The notes under the pieces: model-generated | What the model saw: only the letters and a program-made list of their open reading frames with translations | Told to the model about the DNA's origin: nothing | Database searches by the model: none | Shown here: positions 13,288-25,765 of the stretch, piece by piece | Position numbering within the stretch: the first letter of the stretch is position 1 | Layout of the letters: each line of letters opens with the position of its first letter | Translations under genes and position numbers: made by a program | NCBI RefSeq assembly: GCF_036321535.1 | Contig: NC_087436.1 | Coordinates: forward strand, 90,212,001-90,276,000 | Source of the DNA: Camelus dromedarius | Taxonomy: Eukaryota | Length of the DNA: 64,000 nucleotides | Direction: 5' to 3'

Positions 13288-14005
13288 GAGTAGCCAAGAT
13301 AGCGGAGTAGAAGGACGCCCTTAGTTCACTCTCTCCCATGAATACACCAAGAGACACATCCACGGACCCACCATTCACTCAGAACACCTGCTGAATTTGA
13401 CAGAACATCACCTTCTTCAAAAGACAAAATTTCTCACAAATTCTGGTAGGAGAAAAAAAAAAAGAAGAAAAAGGAAATTAGTGTGAACCTGTCACACGGG
13501 GAGGGAGTGACAAAGGAGGAATAGTGCTCTTATGCTGGGGCGCCCCCTCTCCAGTGGAGAGGTCAACGGGACTGAGGGGGAACTGCCAAGGCTCGGAGGA
13601 GTGTACAGCGGCCATTTGGCTGAAAGAACTGAGAAAAATCGGCACAAAGGGTCCCTGCGATCCCCAGGCCTAGACTCAAGCTGGTGGGGGTCGTCCAGAA
13701 CGGGGTTCCCAACCCCGGTGGAGGGCTGAGGCCGACTGCACAGAGGCAGCTTCAGGGGGCTGCAATGTGCTGTGGGCCGTGACAGGGAGTGTACGTAGGA
13801 CAGAACAGCCTGAGTCTCACATTAAAAAAAAAAAAAAAAAAAAAGTGAAAAAGCAACACTGCGGATGCGTGTTGGTGGGAGGGGCGCAGCACAGCTGGGC
13901 CGTGCCAGCCTCTGGAGGCCTGCAGCACCCCTGCTAGCGCTTCTCCCAAGAAGAGAGGCGGGACTCAGCCATAGCCACGATGTTCGCTGGTGTGTGGAGT
14001 AGCCA
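13288..14005 (+). mobile_element. Isolated L1 5'UTR (internal promoter region), GC/CpG-rich
   Basis: Starts gagtagccaagatagcggagtagaaggacg...ctcccatgaatacaccaag...cagaacacctgctgaa, typical of cetartiodactyl L1 5' ends. More than 20 CpGs by my count, and no ORF1 follows. Confidence 0.72.
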
Positions 14006-14938
14006 TTATGCACAACTGGTCAAATGTTTAGCTTCACTGAAGATTTAAAAGAATCTCATTGTACTTCATTTAGGAGAATTACCTATTTTCATTTCTTCCC
14101 TTATTTTTCAGCCTTAGTTTATAGAAATTGAAAGTTTCCTTTTCTCATCACATATGGAGAGCTTGCTGGGGATTAGCTCTGGCTTTCCTTCTCCATCTTA
14201 TTCTTAAAATCTTCCCCCAAAGAGAAGTATGGCTTAGTCAGATGTAAATAAATCTTGCCTCCCATTTTACTAGTGGGGGGGGAATTTGACTAGGTGTTTG
14301 GTTTCTTTCTTTGTCTTGTCCTGCTCTGTTCTGGGTTTTTTTTTTTTTTTTCCTACATTTGCTCAAGGAGATGAAACAAATACTTGCTTATTCTTAACTT
14401 ATTACTTTAAATACATGGCTGTGAGATGCCGGTCTTCTAGCTATAGGAAGATCAAGCATGTTCTACTTTGACATGTGGTTCCTCTCTTTCTGTCTTCCCA
14501 CCTCTCTAAGACTCCCAGTAGTCAGCTGCTGCCTGTATGTAGGATCACTGGACCCTGGCAGGAGGGAGGTGGGAGCACACGACCTCTTAGGGTGAACGTT
14601 TTTGTTTTGGTGATGTTGGAGATTGACCATTAACAATGCTGGCACCTCGGTTCCTTTAGGAGAAGAAGTGTATCCTGGATCCCTCAAATTTTAACATTCT
14701 CAGTCCAATAAACACGGAGGTCTTCAGGATCTCCATCAGTTTTCACTGTTTTATACAAAGCCACAAAAAATATCTGGCCTTATTACCCTGCACAATTGAA
14801 CACTGTGAGATAAATGTCTATGTTTTACATAGCAGACATTAGACAAATAATTACTGAATGCAAGTTACATAGAAGAGCAAATGGTGTACTGTATAGTCAT
14901 ATGTGTATAAAGAAAAGTGGGTATTTAATAAGAAAACA

Positions 14939-14980
14939 TTTTTAATTTTCTTTATTGAAGTATAGTCAGTTACAATGTGC
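14939..14980 (-). mobile_element. Very short L1 3' tip
   Basis: tttattgaagtatagtcagttacaatgtg, same family as the copies at 1892, 56974 and 60545. Confidence 0.75.
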
Positions 14981-14987
14981 CAAAATG

Positions 14988-15072
14988 TTTTTTAATGAAG
15001 GTACTGGGGATTTAACCCAAGACCTCTTGCATGCTAAGCATATTCTTTACCACTGAGCTATACCCACTCCCC
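14988..15072 (-). mobile_element. tRNA-Ala-derived SINE (Vic-1-like), short form
   Basis: Minus strand reads GGGGAGTGGGTATAGCTCAGTGGTAAAGAATATGCTTAGCATGCAAGAGGTCTTGGGTTAAATCCCCAGTACC: A box, AGC anticodon loop, degenerate B box, A tail. Confidence 0.88.
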
Positions 15073-15227
15073 TGGAGACATATTTAATATTTATAATATT
15101 GGACATAAGAGGCATCATAACACCTCAACAAAGCAAATATTTTGCTTTCTATACCTTCCAGTCTAATTATACCTTATTTTTATTAATTACCTATTGATTA
15201 GGATTTTTATGCAGTGAATATTCTCTT

Positions 15228-15260
15228 TGTGTGCGTGTGTGCGTGTGTGCGTGTGTGTGT
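15228..15260. repeat. (GTGTGC)n/(GT)n microsatellite
   Basis: Directly visible. Confidence 0.9.
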
Positions 15261-16907
15261 AGTAACTTTCTCCTCCAGTTCAATTCAGAAACATGAAGTG
15301 TGAAGGAGGATGTGGATTTTCTGACTGGTTTAAAGACTATCAGTGTAGGGTCTAATGACTTACAGCTAATTGTGTTTCTCCACGTAGGATTAGCAATTCA
15401 AGCCATTTTAGATATAATTAAAGATGAATATAATCCCTGTGGACAATCTATTATGAAATCAACTCTAAATACTGGAAGTAGTTCAAGTATTTCCATGTTT
15501 ACTTGTATTAGGTATGGCAGTTTGGGAAGAGTACCCAAAGGCCAATACCCGCTACCATCACTGTCAACTTCACATATGTAAATAAGTTGCATGCAATATA
15601 ATCACCATTGTATAAGCATAAATTTGCATCTATTGTAATTCAAGTTTTAATTTAGTGATCCTTTGGGTGGATCCTTGATTTCCTGTTTTGGCATTATCAG
15701 TATAACTCAACCTAACCCAAACACTTTGGTAAGCATGTTAAATAGAACTCTGGAACTTCTAGTATAACCCCATTTTACGATTCTAATTTTACATTTCTGC
15801 TATTTTGCTATTTTCAAGATACTCTTAATATGAAAAAAGTAATGATAGGAAAAATTAGGGTAACGAAGTTTTGTCTTTTTTTTTTTTTGGCTGACTCTTT
15901 TATAAAAAGAGCAGTTGACATTTTCTGTGCACAAATGTATCAAAACAAAGTTATTAATGGCTCTAAGGATATCTCATTTCAAAATAAAATTAATGTAGAA
16001 CAGAAATGAACATGCTTCCTAAAATGGAAGTCTGAATGCCTTTTATGATAAAAATCCCAGTTATATATTTTCACTGGTAGAATTTTTAACCTCTTTGTTA
16101 CTTAGATTCCAAGAAAAACATAGATTACCAATCTCTCTCTCTATATATTCAATCAATACAATTAGAAAGAATGAGTTTCGGAATACAACCTCAAACATAT
16201 CAATTATGCTGGATGCTGAACAAAGTAGAAAAGTTGAATGCCTTAAACAATATTGGAAGAATTTCAAAAATCAGTTTCCTAAATTGCTCTATAACAGAGA
16301 TGGATGATGGCTACATACTAAAATAGATTTCCATTCTTAATATATTTGGTTCTAAAAATGTAATTCTCTTATGAAAATTTAATTCTATAAGATCAAAAGA
16401 TTTTTACAGCTAGATAAAATGATCTCATAATCAATAAAATACTTTAAAAATTAGTAATGGTTTTAAATATCTGACTCTTTAATGTTAAAATATTTTACTC
16501 TCTAATCATATATAAAGTTATACAAAGCTGCAACTTGGTAAAGCTGGATGTTATCTTGAAAAGTATGTAACTGTTTTTACACAATCATCTGGAAAGATAA
16601 CTAGAGATTGTTAAAAATGATGGGAATTAATTAATATAGTGATCAAGTTAACATATTATTTTGACCTAACCAAAAACTGCCCTTATATTTTACTTTGGAA
16701 GTGTCATCTCCAGAGTCATCTTCATTATTCTTGTTATATTTGCCAGTCATCATAATTATTGTCACTATAATCAGTAAAATTATAAAATACAAAGCCATAC
16801 AGTTAGTTAATTAAGTAATCAAAGCAGGGAAAATATTTTAAATGAGAATTTAGGGATATTAAGGACTGCCTTTAAAATATCTAGCAAGATTAGCTCTTAT
16901 GGTCATA

Positions 16908-16944
<37 letters not shown>

Positions 16945-16948
16945 TGTG
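16908..16948. repeat. (TG)n microsatellite
   Basis: Directly visible. It explains the CVCVCV ORFs. Confidence 0.95.
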
Positions 16949-18034
16949 TTAGATATGAAAAAAATCTGTGTGTTTGTGTGTCTGAGAGAAAGAAGAGTGA
17001 CAGAACAAAGGCAATTGTGTGGAGGTATGAGTGCTTATGGATCTTCAAACTCTTGTTCTGGATTATGCCTTGTATTTCAGCTACAAGTACATGGTCAAAG
17101 CTACTGATATTTAGAGATAAAATTAAAGCATAGTAGAGAATAACAAGTGGTATTTAAAATGGCTGCCTATTAAAGAACATAGACTCCTTTGATTATTTCT
17201 TTAATATGAAATTTGAAATTATTGAAAACCAATATACAATATGAAAGGGAGATTTGACTAAGGATTTGGAGACATAAACTCTATTTCCAGTTCCCACACT
17301 ATCTTGTTTTATGACTCTGTATAAATAAGGCTACCTCCTTAATTTCAACATGTATCTACACATAAGCAGATGTATAGATTATATATGAGCTATATATATG
17401 TACCACCATACATGATATGCATGTATACAATTTCATTACATATGTCATAAAGATTTGGTATCAGATATTATTTATGGTAAAGACAAAGTTGATGTTGGAG
17501 TTAGAACTGGTTTTAAAATTCAGATTTCATAAGAATATATTGCTTTGGGATAGTTAAAGACTTGACTTTAAGTAAACAACCTAATATTCTTTAATATAAT
17601 AAATATTTTAATTCAGAGATTTAAAAACCTACCAAAGCATTGAAATCCTATCATCTACCATATTAAAATCTAAATTGAAATTTTGGGAAAGCATACTCAT
17701 TTCAAAGAGCAGAGGTAGAATTCATGATTTGACTTGAGTCAGATGCCAGGCTACTGAAATAAAAATGCTTAAATAAGAAACAGGAAATTGCAAAAACAGA
17801 AAGACTGAGATCAGACCAGGTTCAAAAGCTGATAGAAGCGAAGAAGGCTACAAGACTAAAGCATTGGAGCCATCAGTCCACAATCATTCTAACGGACAGC
17901 ACGAAGTTTGCTCTGAATCCTTTGAAGAGCTAAAATTTTAAACTTAACATTGTATATTCATTAATGACAGAAAGGAAGGGCAACGTTCTCTGAATCAGTG
18001 ATTTCACAGAATGCTTATCCGTTGTTCTGTTCCA

Positions 18035-18420
18035 GAATGCAGAATGAATGGTGAGAAAGCACGCTTTACTTTAGAGGAGCTTAGGAGAGAAGTAAGTTGT
18101 AATTGGTGAAAAGAGCAGACCAGGTCAAGCCGCCATATAGTAGCCAAGTAAGTCCTGTTGTGTTGATTGTAGAATATAGAACAAGGTACAGCTGAAAATG
18201 AAGCTGGAATGATTGCTAGACGTCTTCTCTGAAGGATGTTAGGTTCCCATCTAAAAGCATAGGAAAAGATCTACTGAATTACAAATGATCTAGTGAATGA
18301 ATGAAAATGATTTACTGAGTGAAGGATTTTGAAGAACAAAACAAAATGATTAATACTGTCATTTGAAAAACAATGTAAGGAATGTACTGGAAGCAAAACA
18401 AAGTATGGAGGACCAGAGGG
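18035..18420 (-). mobile_element. Probable L2 fragment
   Basis: Degraded purine-rich L2-like motifs (gaaaatgaagctggaatg, gaaggattttgaagaac). Confidence 0.35.
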
Positions 18421-18429
18421 TATGCGCTC

Positions 18430-18815
18430 ATTGTTTTTGTTTCTTCAATGTAAACTCTTGTTTGGCAATTTACTTCTGAGAACTACCTACCCATCACTGT
18501 CAGTCCTTATGTTTTGGCCAGAGTTAATCTGTGGCTATCTAACAGTGGGCCTGTGACCCAAGGCCAATCTGTGCTATAGCTGGAGCTCCAGGAATGAACA
18601 GAGGCATTGAGAACAGAGCTATCTGTTGCTTGAGAACAGAGACAACCATGAGGAGGAAAAAAAAAAAAAAAAGAACTGCAAACAAAAGTGAGTAAAAACT
18701 AGTCCAGAAAATATTGTCTAAACTGCTGCTTTCAAGAGAAGAAACAATTAAATACCACTTAAAAAAATCAGTGTGGGTTGAGTTCTATTACTTTCAACCA
18801 GACATGTCTAATACA
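18430..18815 (+). mobile_element. Old ERVL LTR (LTR16-like)
   Basis: gggcctgtgacccaaggccaatc and 3' end cagtgtgggttgagttctattactttcaacc...ctaataca. Confidence 0.45.
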
Positions 18816-19382
18816 GAGTTTAATTTCCATAAATTCAAGTGAGAGTTCAGGAATCACACTACTGTCTTTTCTTTGCTATGTTCCTCTGAGTAGATATCTT
18901 TTCCTTTCCCACCAGTAACATCACATATAACAATCCCAGTTGTAGCCTCTAATACCACTATGACATTTTAATATTTAAAATTCAGTTTCACATCAGCCTT
19001 AGAACCAACTGAAAATGTTCTCTTTAGAAATCACAACATCTGTTTGACAGTCACTTATGGGTTCTTTAATGGCCCAGCTTCATTTAACTGATAATACCAA
19101 CTGCATATAAGAAATGTTATTCTTTGTATGTATCCAGCAACTCAAAGTATGTCAATATTCTATCTGTACTTATCTAAATCCTTTCTTTGACATGTTATTC
19201 AGGTCCTCAGGTAGTACCTCCTCACAAGGTACAGTATATTCAAATAATGCTAGAAGCTGTGCAAAGCTGTGTCATTATTTTTGGGAGATAGTGTGTAAAT
19301 GCTTATCAGATCATAATAATTTCTATCTTTTTGTGTACAATATGGAGATGCACTATAACTTGACAATTGAGATATACAGATT

Positions 19383-19595
19383 CAGGAGTCATGCTTAGTT
19401 TGTATTTTAGCTCCATACGTACTGCTGTGTCACTGTGGGCAAGTTACTTGGTACCTGTGGACATCAGTTATCTTATCTATAAAATGAATATTGTAACAGC
19501 ACCAGTTCAATGTGATTGTTGTGAAAAATAAACGTGTAAATAACTGAAACTTAGTGTCTGAAACATGCTTAGAGGAAAATGAATTTTAGCTATTA
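19383..19595 (+). mobile_element. MIR
   Basis: gctgtgtcactgtgggcaagttactt...tcagttatcttatctataaaatg core and ttagctatta tail. Confidence 0.8.
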
Positions 19596-20064
19596 AAAAA
19601 CATTTCTTGTGTTTAAGGATGTTCTTAAAAATTATTTATAATAAAAACACTAATCAGATACTATTTAAACATTGGGAAATCATACAATAAATTGTAAAGT
19701 AGATGCTTTCATTCAAAGTCATTTTATGAATCCTCTGTGGAATAGAAATATGAAGACAGGATATTGGAATTAAAATTTTCATATAATGTATTCTTTGAAA
19801 AAAATCTATCAAAGAACCTATTCATACAAACACACACACATAATTACAATTATACAAAATAAACTTACATATGATGAATGTTGGGAAGTTAAAAAATTAA
19901 AAACAATTGTTAGATTATTGCAACAGGTTTGAGAAGCAACTGTTTTCTTAAATGTGTTTTGGTTGACCAATATTTTAAACATGCTTTAGGTGTCATAGTA
20001 TATAAATACTTGCTTCTTTGTTGAAGATAGATCAAGTAACATATTTTTAAATCACTGGTTTTGT

Positions 20065-20100
20065 CTACACTTCATCTTAGCCAAAAGGCCAAGAAGCAAT
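20065..20100 (-). pseudogene. U2 snRNA 5' fragment (nt 1-36), tailless retropseudogene
   Basis: Minus strand ATTGCTTCTTGGCCTTTTGGCTAAGATGAAGTGTAG vs U2 ATCGCTTCTCGGCCTTTTGGCTAAGATCAAGTGTAG (3 mismatches, 2 at CpG). 14-bp direct repeat ACTGGTTTTGTCTA at 20054-20067 and 20101-20114. Confidence 0.93.
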
Positions 20101-20689
20101 ACTGGTTTTGTCTAGATCATTTGTGTTCATACGTGTTTATTTTAAGGGGTCATCCATAGACTTAATTACAAAGAAGTTGATGATTGCTTATCCTGAATAT
20201 CAAAATGTTCAATTTTAGTAACTCTGCAAACCAAAGTCAAATAAAATAAACTAACAAAACAAAACAACACATCTGGTATTTCCCACAAGGATCCTTTTCT
20301 GTCAAGCTCTAATATACCTAATCTCTCTCCAATTATATTTTGGATTGCCTTTGTAAAATGAATTTTTAAAAAAAGAAATTAAATACCAAAACATGTATAG
20401 CTAGATGATTCCTCAATTTAACATTTTTAAACACTTTAATTATAGGATTAGAATTTTCCTATTACCTAAATTCCATTTAAAGGTATTTTAATCCTTTAAT
20501 TCCTCAGGTGTTGTAAAATAACTTAGGTCATTTTCAATCGGTCTTATTAAAATCTCTCACTCACATTATGATTTCTCTGCACAAAGTGGAAAAATAAATT
20601 GAATAATGCAGCAACTTTCAATGAGACATGACACATGGCATAATCATTTCTCCTCTCTTTAGCTTTGTTTTATATAGTTGCCTTATTAC

Positions 20690-23600
20690 ATTTCTCTTTT
20701 TTCGATTGAAGTAACCTTGGCTTATAACATTATACAGAGTTCATGCATGCAGCATTAGAATTTGACTTCTGTATATACTACAGTGTACTCACCACCAAAA
20801 GATGAGGTTCCATCCATCAACATACAATTGACTCCCTTTACCCATTTTGCCCACCTCCCACCATCATTTTCCTTCAGTAACCACCAGTCTGTTTTCTGTA
20901 TCTATGTATTTGCTTTCTTTTGTTTTGTTTGCTGGTTTATTTATTTATTTTTATATTCCACATGCGTAAAACCACATGATATTTGTCTTTCTCTGTCTGA
21001 TTTATTTAACTTAGCATAATAGTATAAAAGGTCCATTCATGTTGAAGCAAATGAAAAGATTTCATCTTTTTTATGGCTGAGCAATATTCCATTATATATA
21101 CACATCTTCTTTATCCATTGATCCATCAATGGGCACTTAGGTTGTTTCTATATCTTGGTTATTATAAATGATGCTGCAGTGAACATAAGATGCATATATC
21201 TTTACAAATTAGTGTTTTCATATTCTTCAGAAAATACCCAGTAGTGAAACAGCTGGGTCATATGGTATTTATATATGGTATTATATTCTTAATTTTTTGA
21301 GGACTTTCCATACTTTTTTTCATAGTGGTTACACCAATTTACATTCCCACCAACAGTATACCACTGTTCCTTTTTTCCACATCCTCTCCAACACTTGTTA
21401 TTTCTTGTATTTTTGATAATAGCCATTCTAATAGATATGATATTTATTGTGGTTTTGACTTGTATTTCCCCAATAATTAGTGGTCTTGAACCACTATACT
21501 TGTTGGCCATCTGTATGTCTTCTTTGGAAAAATATCTATTCATATCTTCTTCCCATTTTTTAACCAAGTTATGTGTTTTGTTGTTGTTGAGTTGTATCAG
21601 TTCTTTATATATTTTTGAATATTAACTCCTTATCAGATATGTAATTTGCAAACATCTTCTATTTGGTGGTTTGTCTCTTTGTTTTGTTGATGCTTTCCTT
21701 TTCTGCACAGTAACATTTTAGTTGGATGCAGTCCCATTTGTGGCTTTGTTTTTTGTTTTTTTTTTTGCTCTTGTTTCCCTTGCCTGAGGAGACATAGCAC
21801 AAAAGATATTGCTGAGACTGATGTCAAAGAGCATACTGCCTATGATTTCTTGTTGGGGGTTTATGGTTTCAGGTCTTAAACTCAAGTGGTTAGTCTATTT
21901 TCAGTTTATTTTTGTGTATAGTTTAAGACAGTGGTCTAGTTTCATTCTTTTGCATGTGGCTATCTGTTTTTCCCAACATCAAGCATTGAAGACTTTCCTT
22001 TCTCCATTGTATGTTCTTGGCTCCTTTGTTGTAAATTTTATATATATATTTAGGTTTATTTATCGGCTCTCAATGCTGTTCCATTGATCTTTTTCTACCA
22101 AGGCCATGTTGTTTTGATTACTATAGCTTTGTAGTAAAATTTGAAATCAAGGAGTATGATACCTCTAGCTTTGTTATTGTTTTCCCAGGATTGCTCTGGC
22201 TATTTGTGGTCTTTTGTGGTTCCATATCAATTTTAGAATTTTTTGTTCTATTTCTGTGAAAAATGCCATTAGTATTTTGATGAGGATTGCACTGACTGTA
22301 GATTGCTTTAGGTAATATGGATATTTCAATAATATTAATTCTAGTCCACGAGTACAAATCAACTTTCCATTTCTTTTCATCTTCTTCAGTTCCCTTCAGC
22401 ATGTCTTATAGTTTTCAGCGTACAGGTCTTTCATCCCTTTAAATTTATCCCTTGATATTTTATTATTTTGTTGCAACTGTACATGGATTGCATTCTTAAT
22501 TTCTCTTTCTGCCAGCTCATTGTTAATGTACAGAAGTAAAATAGTTGTATATTGATTTTGTACCCTGCAACTTTACTGTATTGATTTATTATTTCTAATA
22601 ATTTTTGTTAGAGTCTTTAGCACTTTCTACATGTAATATTATGTCATATGCACATACTGGCAGTTTTATGCCTTCTTTTCCAATTTGGATGCTATTTATT
22701 TCTTTCACTTGCCAAATTGCTCTGGCTAGGATTTCCAATACTATGTTGAATAAAGTGGCAAGAGTGGGCACCCTTGCTATCTTTCTGATCTTAGAGGGAT
22801 AGCATTCAGTTTTTCAATATTGAATATGATGTTAGCTGTAGATTTGTCATGTGTGGTCTTTATTATGTTGAGGTATATTCCTTCTATACACATTTTATTG
22901 AGAGTGTTAATTATACATGGATGCTGAGTCTTGTCAAATGCTTTTTCTGCAACTATTGATATAATCATGTGGTCTTTATTTTATTAATGTGGTATATCAC
23001 ACTGACTGATTTGAAGATGTTGAACCATCCTTACATCCTGTAATAAATGCCATGGTTATGATCCTTTTAATGTATTGTTGTGTTTGGTTTGCTAATAATT
23101 TGTTGGGAATTTTTGCATCTATGTTTATCAGAGATGCTGGCCTGTAATTTGTGTGTGTGTGTGTTGTCCATGTCTAGTTTTGTTATCAGAATAATGTTGG
23201 CTTTATGTTTGGAAGCATCCCTCCTCTTCAATTATTTTACAAGAGTTTGAGAAGTTTATGTAGTAAATCTCTGAATATTTGGTAGAATTCACCAGTTAAG
23301 CCATCTGGCCCTGGACTTTTGTTTTTTGGGAGGTTTCTAATTAGTGTTTCAATCTTCTTACTAGTGATCAGTCCATTCAGATTTTCTACTTCTTCATGAT
23401 TCTGTCTTGGAAGATTTTATGATTCTAAGAATTTATCCATTTCTTCTAGATTGCCCAATTTATTGGTGTATAGCTGTTCATAATGGTCACATACACCTTT
23501 GTAATTCTGGGGTATCCATTGTAACTTCTCTTTTGTTTCAGTTTTTGTTTTTTTGTTTTTTTTTTTTTAATCTGAGCCTTCGTTCTTTTTTTTTTCCCCC

Positions 23601-25655
23601 TTAGTGAAGCTAACTAAAGTTTTGTCAATTTTACTTTTCTTTTCAAAGAACCAGCTCTTAGTTTCATTGATCTTTTCTAGTCTTTTTAGTCTCTGTTTCA
23701 TTTATTTCAGTGTAGTCTTTATTATTTCCTTTTCTCTACTGATTTTAAGCTTCATTTGTTCTTCTTTTTTAGTTCCTTTAGGTGTAAGGTTAGATTGTTT
23801 ATTTGAGATTTTTCTTGTTTCTTGAGGTAGAACTGTATTGCTATAAACTTCCCTCTTACTAGTGGTTTGCCATATCCCATTGATTTTGGTATGTTGTAAT
23901 TTCACTTTCATTTGTCTTTAAGTACTTTGTATTTTTCCTTTGATTTTTTTTTTCCTTGAGCCAATAGTTGTTCAGTAGCATGTTGTTTAGGTTTACATAT
24001 TTGTGATTCTTTTCAGCTTTCTTCTTGTAGTAGATTTCTAGTTTCATATCATGTAATCAAAAAAGATGCTTGAAATGATTTCAATATTAAATTTACTGAA
24101 ATCTGCTTGTGTCCCAACATATGTCTATCCTTGTGAATATTCTATGTGCACTGGAGAAGAATTTTGCTGTTTTTTTGATGAAATGTTCTGTATATGTCTT
24201 AAGTTCATCTGGTCTAATGTTTCATTTAAGGTCATTGTTTTCTAGTTCACATTATGTCTGGATGATTGAGCCGCTGATGTAAGTGGGGTATTAAAGTCCC
24301 CTACTATTATTGTATTTCTGTCAATTTCTACCTTTAAGTCTCTCAGTAATTGCTTTATATATTTTAATGCTCCTATGGTATGTACATATATACTAATAAA
24401 TCTGATGTCTTATTTTTTCTTTTTGTTTTTATTTATTTTTTATTTTTTTTGTGGGGGAGGCAATTAGGTTTACTTATTTATTTATTTTTAGAGGAGGCAC
24501 TGGGGATTGAACCCAGGACCTTGTGTATGCTAAGCATGCACTCTGCCACTTGAGCTATACACTCCCCCTTATGTCTTCTTAATGGATTTCCCCCTCTATC
24601 ATTATAAAGTGTCCATCTTTGTCCTTTTTCCCTTTTTTGGCTTCAAGTTGATTTTGTCTGACATGAGTATGGCTATACCTGCTTTGTTTTGGCTGCCATT
24701 TGCTTGGAGTATTATCTTTCATCCCTTCATTTTGTGTCTATATTTATCTTTAGAGATGAGACGAGTCAGTCCCTGAGAGGCAGCATATGGTTGTTTTTTG
24801 TTTTTTAATCCAGCCAGCCACTCTGTGTCTTTTGATTGATGAATTAAATCCATTTACATTTAGGGTGATTCTAGATAAATGGGGACTTAGTATTGCCATT
24901 TTATCTTTTGTTTTCTGGTTGCTCCATATCTCTATTATTTCTTTTTTCCTTGTGTTTTTGTCCGCCACTTTAGTTTGATGATTTTCATGATATTTTTCTC
25001 AGTTTCCTCTTTTTTATGTTTTGTGTCTCAGATGTAGATTTTTATTTGTGGTTACATGAGGTTTCTATAAAATGTCTCAAAGATAAATACTCCTTTTTCT
25101 GCCAATAGCATCTTAGCTTCATTTGCCTATACACGTTCCATCCTTTACCTCTTCCTCTTTTACATTCCTGTTATCACAAATTATACCTTTTATGTTTTGA
25201 GTCTGTTATCAAATTGAAGTAGCTATAGTTATTTTTAATTTTTCCCTTTAACTTTTATGTTTTTAGCTAAGTGTTTAACAACCTATTTTTCTATAGAGTA
25301 GAGTTGCAATTTTCTTATTCTGTCTACCTATTGATCACCTTAGTGGTTTTCTCTTTTCATTTCATGTAGAAGAGCTCCTTTCAACATGTTTTGTAATGCA
25401 AGTCTAGTTGTAATGAATCCCTCAGCTTTTGCTTGACTGGGAAAACCTTTCTTTCTTTTTCACATCTGAAGAATAACTTTACTGTATAGAGTATTCTCGG
25501 CTGTCAGTTTTTATCTTTCAGTATTTTGAGTATGTCATTCCATTCTCTCCTGACCTACAGTTTCTGCTGAGAAATCTGCTTATAGTCTAATGGGAATTTC
25601 TTTGTAGATTACTGTGTTTTCTTCCTTGACTATCTTGAAAAATTTTTATCATTGA
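20690..25655 (-). mobile_element. Large L1 (3'UTR, nearly complete degraded ORF2, 3' part of ORF1)
   Basis: Minus-strand ORF pieces: 24750-24968 (ITLNVNGFNSSIKRHRVAGWIKKQ, EN start), 22777-22968 (ISIVAEKAFDK, RT), 22174-22380 ([18 protein letters not shown]), 21289-21567 (KCWRGCG, C-terminus). Multiple frameshifts. Confidence 0.96.
24412..24568 (-). mobile_element. tRNA-Ala-derived SINE (Vic-1-like), full length, nested in L1
   Basis: Minus strand GGGGGAGTGTATAGCTCAAGTGGCAGAGTGCATGCTTAGCATACACAAGGTCCTGGGTTCAATCCCCAG, unique segment and A-rich tail. ATGTCTT repeated at 24405-24411 and 24571-24577. Confidence 0.93.
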
Positions 25656-25657
25656 TT

Positions 25658-25709
25658 TTAGGTATATATATTTATTAGGTATATATATTTTAGGTATATA
25701 TATTTTAGG

Positions 25710-25761
<52 letters not shown>
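25658..25761. repeat. Four copies of an ~16-bp TTAGGTATATATAT unit followed by (TA)n
   Basis: Directly visible, abutting the SINE fragment. Confidence 0.9.

Positions 25762-25765
<4 letters not shown>

Noticed and set aside
13288..14005. CpG-island promoter of a host gene, with ORFs 13532-14013
   Set aside because: The 5' end matches L1 5'UTR motifs, and the ORFs are short GC-rich chance frames with no recognisable product.
24490..24568. Functional tRNA-Ala gene
   Set aside because: The acceptor stem is not intact. It is followed by a SINE-specific segment and A-rich tail, is flanked by a short TSD, and sits inside an L1.
21289..24978. Cluster of ORFs with EN/RT-like peptides as an active gene
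   Set aside because: These are fragments of one L1 ORF2 broken by many frameshifts, stops and a SINE insertion.
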